Shown here: in pieces, positions 55,320-64,000 of the stretch
How positions within the stretch are numbered: position 1 is the stretch's first letter
Layout of the letters: each line of letters begins with the position of its first letter
From: Prorocentrum cordatum
Taxonomy: Eukaryota
NCBI GenBank assembly: GCA_963575745.1
Contig: CAUYUJ010000299.1
Location: 1 to 64,000 of the forward strand
DNA: 64,000 nt
Direction: 5' to 3'
Translations under genes and position numbers: made by a program
Notes under the pieces: generated by a model
Databases searched by the model: none
What the model saw: the letters and a program-made list of their open reading frames with translations, nothing else
What the model was told of the DNA's origin: nothing

Positions 55320-58300
55320 TCAGCTCTCCCAGAACGAGGGTTCGCAACCCATGTGGCCGTCCACTTGCGACTCCACGGGCGGGAGCAAGTCCTCGTGCAC
55401 CGGCGACTCGACGGGCTGCTCCCCGGGCGGCTCGGCCGTGATGCCGTCGAAGGCACGGCGCAGGGCCTCGGTCCAGGCGGCGTCGATGCCGCCGTTCTTG
55501 CCTGGGCGCAGGCGCGGAGGCAGGATGGGGTGCGGGGGCGAGAGGGGCAGGGATAAATATCCCCACCAGGAGCCATGGAGGACAAGGGAGAAGAGAGGGA
55601 GGAGGATGGAGGAGAATGAGGATGGGGTAGGAGGCCAGAGGAAGAAACTATACGGATACAACAGATAGTGTCGGAGAGCTCTCGCCGCCACAGCTGGATT
55701 CGTTTCGGCATTTCGGTCAGATCACCCCCTCCCGTCAAACGGCATCGGTATACGCTTGTGCCGCAATCGTTTAAGCAGCCCACGATGACCCCACGCAACG
55801 CCGGGCTTGAAATCATCCAGCTTCTTGCCCATCTCGTGCCGCTTCTTCGCGAAGAAAGCTTTGTTGTGCATCTGCACCTCGGAGCGTTTAGCATCGCGGT
55901 CGCTCGCAACTGGAGGCCGCGCGTGTCGTATTTCCCAGGAGGGTCGGAAGTTGAGGCCTTGGCCTCCCTGGGAAGCGCCAGGGCCTCAGCGTCGGACCCT
56001 CCTGGGAAGGGCGAACGGCGCGACCTCCAGTTGCGGGCGGCCGCGATGAGGCAGGGCCTACTCAGGCCCTTCAGCCCGCCCCACCTCGATGGCCAACCCA
56101 CCAGGGCCCTTCCGCGTGTAGTTCGCGCCGCCTGTGCTCGGACCCTGCGGGGGGCACGCCTCTGGGAGCCTGCGGGCGCACTCTTTCCTCCCCCCTCCTT
56201 CCTCCAGATCCTCCTCCTTCTCCTCCTTCTCACCCTTCTCCCCGTTCTCCTCCTCCAGTCATCCTCGTCCTTCCGCATCCTGCAGTAGGGGCTCGGCCGC
56301 GAGGAACCACCCACGAGAAATCCAAGACGCTATCGAAGCCCAGGAGACACAGGGCACCGTGGAAGAAAGCAGTGTGTTTCTCGGCACGAGCGCCCATTAT
56401 TAATGGTCCTCGTCCGTATCCTCCCCGTTTCCTCGTCTTCCTCTTCCTCTTTCTCCTCCTCCTCCTCCTCCTCCTCCTCCTCCTCCTCCTCCTGCTGCGC
56501 TCATCTTGCCCCTCCTCCTTCCCACCCTCATCCGCCGCTCCTCCTCTGCCCCCCTTTCCGCCCGTCCTCACCCCCCTCATGCCAGGGCCCACCTCACGAA
56601 ACAGTCCTTGAAACACGGCTTGAAATTATCAGGCAGCACGCGGTCGGGGTCGACGATGGGCTCGTCCATTATGTTCCACCTGGGCAGAGTTCGGACGAGG
56701 AGGAGCAGGGAGAGGAGGGGGGAAGGCGGAGGAGGGAGGGCGAGGATGGAGGAGGAGGAGGAGGAGGAGGAGGAGGAGGAGGAAGAGGGTGGAGGAGGAG
56801 AAGGGGAGGGGGAGGATAGGGAGGGAGGAGGGGTAGGGGAGGGGGAGCGAGTCGGAGGGGACGAGGGGGAGGAGGAGGAGGAGGATGAGGAGGAGGAGAG
56901 GAGGATGAGGAGGAGGAGGAGGAGGGGGTGGAGCAGGAGGAGGAGGAGGAGGAGGAGGCGGAGCCAGAGGAGGATGATGATGATGATGAGGAGGAGGCAG
57001 AGGAGAAGCGGGAGGGGAGGAGGAGGAGGGGGAGGAGGAGGAGGAGGAGGAGGAGGAGGAGGAGGAGAAGCGGGGGGGGAGGGGGAGGAGGAGGGGGGGG
57101 GCCGCTCGACAGGGCCAAACCCGTTCCCACCCCAGAGCCACTTGTCGGCAGCCCGGCGCTCCGCGATCATGCTGTGCTGCATGCCCGGAGTCACCGGGCT
57201 CACCGCCGTCATATCGATGTGGGCGAAGTTGGCGGCGTCGAGCTCGAGGGGGGCGGCGTTCTTCTTCATGCGCTTCGCGGGCGGGCCCTCCACGAGCTCG
57301 GTGCTCATACTACACTGTTGGAGGGAGAGCACAATGTCGTCTAGGTGGCGGTCTCCTCCTCGATGAGCTTTGTCCCTCAGGGCACCTGCGTGTGGTTCTC
57401 GATAATTCCCTGGGGCGGGGCAGGGGAGGTCTCCGAGGACCCATGCGGGGTGGGTGGTGGGGGGGGGGGGGATGCACCTTCGAAGGTTGAGGCTTCTCGA
57501 GCCCCAGAAAGTCGTCGTGCATGAAGGTGCGGGGGGAGCTGGATCCCTCCCCTCATCTTCGCCAGTGAGGTCGACGGGACGACCGAAACGCGAGGAAGGA
57601 GGAAGACCCGACGACGAAGGAGGCGAGGCTCGAAGAGGAGGGGAAGAAAGAAGACGCGGAGGAGGGGAGGAGGAGGAGAGGAGGAAGAGGAGGAGGTGGA
57701 GGAGGAGGAGGAGGAGGAGGAGGGAGGGACGGGCATTGGGGCCATACCTGCTCTGCTGGTGCCGCCGCCGACTCCGCCGTCGCCTTGTACTTGTCAGCCC
57801 GCCACGCGTCGACCGCGTCGCGGGTGTCTCTCTCCCTCTGGTCGTCGGAGTGCTGGCCCTGCAGGGGGTCCGGCGCTGCCCAGTGCGCCTCGTCGCCTTC
57901 GACCTCGCCCGCGGCCAGCGACTCGCCGTCCCACGAGTCCTGGAGGAGGGGGGGGAGGAGGAGGAGGGGGAGGAGGAGGAGGAGGAGGAGGAGGAGGAGG
58001 GCGACGAGGAGGAAGGGGACGAGGAGGGACGAGGAGGAGGGACGAGGTGGGAGGAGGAGAAGGAGAAGGAGGAGGACGAGGAGGAGGGAGGAGGAGAAGG
58101 AGGAGGAGGAGGACGAGGAGGAGGAGGAAGGGTGGGGGAGGAAGAAGGAGGGGAGGTGGGACATCAGATGAAGAGGACGAGGATAAGGGCAAAGAGGGCG
58201 ACGAGGATAAAGTGGGCTCAAGAGGATGATGAGAATGATGGGGGATAGGGGAGGAGGTGGGAGGATGATGAGAAGGATGGGGGATCTCAAAGAGGGCACC

Positions 58301-59406
58301 AGGAGAGCCCCGCGGAGGGGGGGCAGAAGAAGGGGGAGAAAAGGGAACGAGGATGGGGGGTGGAGGATGTCCGAGCGCCTCTTCCCAGCCTTCGGAGACC
58401 TCCGCCCAGCCTTCGACGCCCCCGGGGTCGGCGTCGATCACCGTCTCTGTGGAAGCGCTGCTCCCGGCGGGCGAGGTCTCACAGGGGCGCTTCTTGAGCT
58501 GTATGCATCCCTTCAGCATGTTCAGCACCGCGTGCCTAGACGTGTCTGACTTCCTGAGGAGATCATACTCTATCTATCTCATATGTGTCCTCCACCTCCT
58601 CCTCCTCCTCCTCCTCCTCCTCCTTATCCTCCCCCTCCCTCCCCCTCTCCTCCTCCTCCTCCTGCTCCTCCTCCTCCTCCTCCTCCTCCTCCTCCTCCTC
58701 CTTTCCCTCCTCCTCTTCCTCCTCCTCCTACTCTTCCTCCTCCTCCTCCTCAGGGCCTCATGGGGCGCTCGTCCTTCAAGGGTCCTCAGGGGCGCTCGTC
58801 CTCCATGGGGTTCTTTAGAGGTCCGATGGGGTCCTCGGGGGCGCTAGTCCTCGAAGGGTCCTCCAGGGGTCCTCAGGGGCCCTCAGGGGCGCTAGTTTTT
58901 CAAGGGTACCCAGGGGTCTCCAAGGGCCCTCAAGTCTCTATCCACGCCCTCCAGTTCCTAGTCAGCTTCCGGAGGTGCAGCAGCAACGTCTTGAGCTTGT
59001 CAGCTTCGTTGAGTATTTTCTCCTGGCGAGCGGCGATGGTTGCGAACTGCGTGTTCATCAGTTGGCCATACAGGCACGTGTTGAGTCCGTTGACCACCGC
59101 CGCCAGTTGGTATATGCTCGGCGTTCTGTCATTCATATGGGCGACGACCGGGTACAGCCTGGAGGGCGACATCAAGAAACAGATGCTGATCAAGAGCGCT
59201 TGCCCCCCTCACCGCCGCCCCCTCCCGCGCAGGAAGGGGGCGGGATGGGGGTCAGGGGTCCCCCCTGCTGGCCAGCGAGCATTCTTGATCAGCATCTGCT
59301 TCTTCGTGTCGCCCTCGTCGATCGTGACCCAGTCGACGGGATAGTTAGCTGCCAGCTGCATGCCCGCGCTACCCGTTTCCAGGGCACTCGGCGAATGGGT
59401 ATAACA

Positions 59407-59492
<86 letters not shown>

Positions 59493-59507
59493 GGGCGCCC
59501 CCTCGGG

Positions 59508-59544
<37 letters not shown>

Positions 59545-59585
59545 TGTCATCGCCGTCGTCGTCGTCATCGTCGTCGTCGTCGCCG

Positions 59586-59625
<40 letters not shown>

Positions 59626-60699
59626 GGGCGGCAGAGCGCGGAGCTACTTCGGATAGATGCCCATGGGGAGGTTGCAGCACAACATTCTCACAGTCTCCTT
59701 CATCCACACGTTGTCTTCGCCGACGATCACGCAGTCGATGAGACTTATGTCCATCTCTGGGCCCTGCTGCGTTTCGCCGAGCTTCTTGAATGCCTGGGAT
59801 GAGGGAGAGAGGAATGTGGGGGCCTGACCCCCCCCCGATTTCGGTGATGGGAGCCGCTCCCGGGAAGGAGAGGAGGAGGAGGGGGAGGAGGAGGAGGAGG
59901 AGGAGGAGGAGGAGGAGGAGGAGAGGAGGAGGGAAGGAGGAAAGAAGGAGGAGGAGGAGAAGGAGGAGGAGGAGGAAGGAAGAGGAGGAGGGGGAGGGGG
60001 AGGGGGAGGAGGAGGAAAAGGAGGGGAGGAGGAGGAAGAGGAGGAGGAGAAGAGGAGGAGGAGTAAGAGGAGGAGGAGGGGGACGAGGAGGGGGATGGGG
60101 AGGGGAGGAGGAGGAGGAGAAGGAGGAGGAGGAGGACAAGGAGGAGGAGGAGGAGGAGGAGGAAGGAGGAAAAGGAGGAGGAGGAGGAGGAGGAAGGAGG
60201 AAAAGGAGGAGGAGGAGGAGGAGGAGGAGGAGGAGGAGGAGGAGGAGGAGGAGGAGTGCCCCACCCCACGCCGCCTCCGGCCCTAGATCCCCCGCGTCTC
60301 CGCCCATCAGGGGGACGGGTAGCAGGAGGAGGAGAAGGTGGGGGAGGAAGGGATGGAGGGCGCCGCCTTCCCCGCTCGAAGAAGCAAGAGTTCCTCCGAG
60401 GGGAAGAGGGGCCTCCCATCATCGCGAACTCCTGCCTCCGCCTTCTCGAGGACCTTCCACTCCTCCTTGTTTAGACTTGCCGTTCCCCGTCCCTGTCCCC
60501 CTCCTGCCACGTTCCTCCTCCTCCTTCTCCTCCTCCGACGACGACGACGAATCTTCCTCCTCCTCCTTCATCCCTGGGGGTCCTCAGAGGAGCCAGTCGA
60601 GCTTGGCGAGTCGAATTTCGACTTCGGCGCGTCGGGCGAGTCGCAATCGTCGGCGGGCCAGTCGTTCTGCTTTGATTTCGGGCGCGGGGTGGATGCCAT
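55320..60699 (-). CDS. Unknown many-exon cargo gene (possibly pseudogenised)
   Basis: ATG 60699 (MASTPRPKSK), then short exons between microsatellite introns: ASLNKEEWKVLE; AFKKLGETQQG; MQLAANYPVDW; LYPVVAHMNDRTPSIYQL...EADKLKTLLLHLRKL; VLNMLKG; VQMHNKAFFAKKRH; KNGGIDAAWTEALRRA; stop at 55320. Confidence 0.6.
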
Positions 60700-61074
60700 G
60701 GTGAATCCAGACGGCCGAAAGATAACAGCATCGAAATGGCCCAAGCCATGTGTGAATACACTTAAACACAGCATCATGAACATAAAATAACCGGCTTGCT
60801 TGGCGCAGCTGCGCGAGGGACACCCGGGCGTCGCATTCATGTTCCAAGTCGGATCGGGCGCCGGCAGCCATCTTCTCGAGCCTGAATCTCACGAGGCACC
60901 GGGCCGAGACGAGAGGATGACGAGAGGAGGAGGAGAGGATGACGACAGGATGACGAGGGGGACGGGGGGAGAGGGGGAGGGGGAGGAGAGGGCGGCAAGG
61001 CAAACTAGGTGCGCTCGCGCCACATCTGGCATCTCACGCCTCCCTCCCATCCTTTCCCTAGCGTGGGTTGGAGT

Positions 61075-61212
61075 GTACCTGCTGGAGCGGGTCGGCGGTC
61101 GGCTCACACCCCCACTACCTGCTGGAGCGGGTCGGCGATAGATCGCGTAGAGTAGAGTAGAGTAGAGTCGTAGAGTCAAACCCACTACCTGCTGGAGCGG
61201 GCTGGCGGTCGG
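61075..61212. repeat. Three copies of (cccac)tacctgctggagcggg(t)c.gcg
   Basis: Copies at about 61076, 61112 and 61180, the last two separated by (AGAGT)n. Confidence 0.85.
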
Positions 61213-61314
61213 ATACGAATACTACTTCCCTCTCTCCCCTGATTCTGTCTGGAAGATCTTCGGCTCTCGAGTCGAGTAGAACAGATTTTTTTTTGGGGGG
61301 GCGGGCGAGGGGGA

Positions 61315-61345
<31 letters not shown>

Positions 61346-61739
61346 GAGGAGGAGGAGGAGCGGGAGGAGGACGAGGAGGAGGAGGAGGATCGAGAGGATC
61401 AGGAGGAGACGACGGAGGAAAAGGAGGAAGAGAGAAGGAGGATATTCCGAGGTTCCGAGTCCTTCCCCAGCCCAAGCTCCGCCTGGTGGATGGCCACCGC
61501 CATGGCTCCCTCCGCCTTGCAAGCCCCTGAAGCCCGAATGGCTGTTGCTCCTCTCCTTGTCCACCTCCTCCTCCTCCTCTTCCCCCCTCCTCCTCCTACT
61601 CTCCCTCGTTCTCCCCCCGCTCCTCCTTCTCCTCCCCCCTCTTTTTTCTTTCCCATGATCCTCCTCCCCCCCTTCCGCCTCATAGCCCTCGCCCCCCTCC
61701 TCCTTTGCATCGTCTCGTCGTCATCAGCTCAACTATCGG

Positions 61740-61839
<100 letters not shown>

Positions 61840-61979
61840 TCGTCGTCATCGTCGTCGTCGTCGCGGGCGCCCCCTCGGGCGCGCGCGCGCGTCCACCCGG
61901 GCGCACCATCCGCGCGAAGGCGTTTTTGCTGCCGTCGTACTTGTTGTAGAGCGTATCGCCCTGCACTCCCGCGGGGGTG

Positions 61980-62045
<66 letters not shown>

Positions 62046-63205
62046 CCCCTCCCTATCCCCGTTGTCGCCGTTGTTGTCTTCGTCACCGCCCCTGCAGTCG
62101 TCGTCGCCGTCGTCGTCGTCGTAATCGCCGTCATCGTCGCACCTCGGATTTCGTCGTCGTCGTCGTCCCTTCCCCGCCCCCTCCACTCCCAGCTCTCTCT
62201 CACCGCTCCCTCCTCGCTTCCTCCCTCATCCCCTATACTTGCTGCGTGCGCCCCCCTGTCCCGCCGAAGCTGCGGTTGAGCATCTGGCGGCGTTTCTTGA
62301 GCCAAACGACTGCGCGCAGACGAGGAGACGCCGCCGACGACGACGACGATGGCACCCAAGACGGCCCCCAAGACGACCCACCCAATGGGTCGTTCATGAC
62401 CTTCAAAACCCCAAGAGGGCCCCCGAGACCCCGCCGACGACGACGACGACGCCGACGACCGACGACCGACGACCGACGACCGACGGCGACCGACAACGCC
62501 CGACGACGACCGACGACGACGACGACGACTCCCGACGGCGCCCGACGACGCCCGACGACGACCGACTCCACCTTCTTCCTCGTCCTCCTCCTCGCCCCCT
62601 GTCTCCCCTCCTCCTTGTTCTCCTCGTCCCTTCCTCCTCTCGTCGTCCCCCTCCCCCCCCTCCACGCCCTCGCCCTCCTCGGATGGGAAGGGCGGAAGCC
62701 AGGAGAGGAGGAGGATGGGGGGGAGGAGGGGGGGAAGGATGAGAAGGAGGAGGATGGAGGAGGAGAGGGGTGGGGGGGGGAGGAGGAGGAGAAGGAGGAG
62801 AAGGGAGAAGTAGGTGTAGGAGAAGAAGGGGGGGAGGAGGAGGAGGAGGAGGAGGAGGAGGAGGAGGAGGAGGAGGAGGAGGAGGAGGAGGAGGGAGGAG
62901 GAAGGGAGAGGCAGAGCAGCGGGGCCCGCCGCCCCTGCTGTCAGGTGCGTGCTGGAGACGCAGAAAGGCGCTGCACATGACGAGTGTGCCGAAAGGGCAT
63001 CATGGAGCTACCTATGGGGCCACTACAAAAAGAGACGCCCGACGACCATTGCCTAGCGACGTCCGACGACGACGCCCGACGCATTGGGGGTGAGAGGAGA
63101 ATAGTATTCATATTGAGCGCGTGTATAGAGGGGGGTGCGGCGGGCACACGAGGTTTCCATTCGGAACGGCCGAAGACGTTCCGAATGGAAACGCGCGAAG
63201 GAAAC

Positions 63206-63220
63206 GCCATTTTGGCTCAG
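63206..63220 (+). other. Dinoflagellate spliced-leader relic
   Basis: GCCATTTTGGCTCAG versus the dinoflagellate SL DCCGTAGCCATTTTGGCTCAAG (14 consecutive identities). Confidence 0.7.
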
Positions 63221-63355
63221 CGCGGTTCAGCCGCGGCTCAGGCTAATTATAAGTTGGCCTTAGGCCTGTAAAAACGTGTGTAGTCAGCGCAACGATGCTG
63301 TTACATGTGTGCAATCGACGCAACGACGGCGTGAACGTACCTCCGGTGCTCCGGT

Positions 63356-63450
63356 GAGGCCGTAGAACGCCACCGGAGCTCCGGTGGCGTTTTGATCGTC
63401 TCCGGGGGCGCTACAACCTCACAAAGAAGGCCACCGGGAGAGTCTAGGTG
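63356..63450 (-). repeat. Right terminal inverted repeat
   Basis: gaggccgtagaacgccaccggagctccggtggc...gccaccgggagagtctaggtg. Confidence 0.9.
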
Positions 63451-63499
63451 CTGGCGGGCACCACCACCGTCCGGCTTCTAATCTTAAGCCCTCTAGCTC

Positions 63500-64000
63500 T
63501 CAGAGAGCTCTCCGGGATCTAGTTGTGCGCCGTCTGCGCCCAAGCCAAGCGCCCGCATACTTCAGATTGCCCCGAATCACGATTCACTTCTGATTTCTGT
63601 GCGGGAGAGCTCTCAAGCTTATCGCAGCTCGAGTTAAGTGAAACGTTTCATCATGAGTTCGAAAAAAAATCGGTCGCATACGAAGGTTTGCGGACCTAGC
63701 TCGAGTAGCAGACTCTGTTCAGAGCTCTAGATTCTTCAGCCAAGCGCCCCTGATGATTCTGGATCGGTTTCTGTGCGTACCAACTCTGTAGCTCTGCTAG
63801 AGCTCGAGCTAAGTACAGAATACCGACAGCGCCTGTAGAGAACTTGAGAAAAACGAATAGTGTCGTGGACCTAGCTCGAGTAGCAGACCGAGTTCAGACC
63901 TCTCGATGCAACAGACGAGGGCGCCTGGTGATACTGAATCGTTTATGTGCGTACCAGCTCTGTAGCTCCTCCAAATCTTGAGTTAAGTCTAGTAAACCGA
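63500..64000. repeat. Tandem repeat of about 175 bp outside the right TIR
   Basis: ggacctagctcgagtagcagac occurs at about 63692 and 63867, followed by tgtgcgtacca.ctctgtagctc; a diverged third unit lies at about 63510-63640. Confidence 0.85.

Noticed and set aside
61112..61200. CACTA within the triplicated repeat as the transposon end
   Set aside because: No inverted partner was found; the real paired ends are at 37841 and 63450.

Overview
This is eukaryotic, GC-rich, microsatellite-laden genomic DNA. GC/GA splice donors, AG|G acceptors and spliced-leader relics suggest a dinoflagellate (inference). The left third (1-22 kb) holds decayed non-LTR retrotransposon pieces (RT+RNase H; a Cys/His-rich 3' end; a CRE-like restriction-like endonuclease), satellites and about 5 kb of (TAC)n. 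From 22.3 to 63.5 kb lie two co-oriented, intron-rich minus-strand gene cassettes. Main finding: a 25,610-bp putative DNA transposon at 37841-63450, bounded by terminal inverted repeats (21 bp perfect, CACCTAGACTCTCCCGGTGGC, then imperfect) and a 2-bp CT target-site duplication. It encodes a CMC/Plavaka-like DDE transposase, a C5 cytosine methyltransferase and at least two unknown multi-exon genes. It appears to interrupt a second cassette (22373-37840) carrying a transposase-like gene with a Cys-rich C-terminus, an ASCH domain probably fused to a different C5 methyltransferase, and a large gene with a ParB-like N-terminus. Most genes carry frameshifts or stops, so these copies look decayed. 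All protein calls rest on motifs recognised by eye; exon boundaries are approximate.
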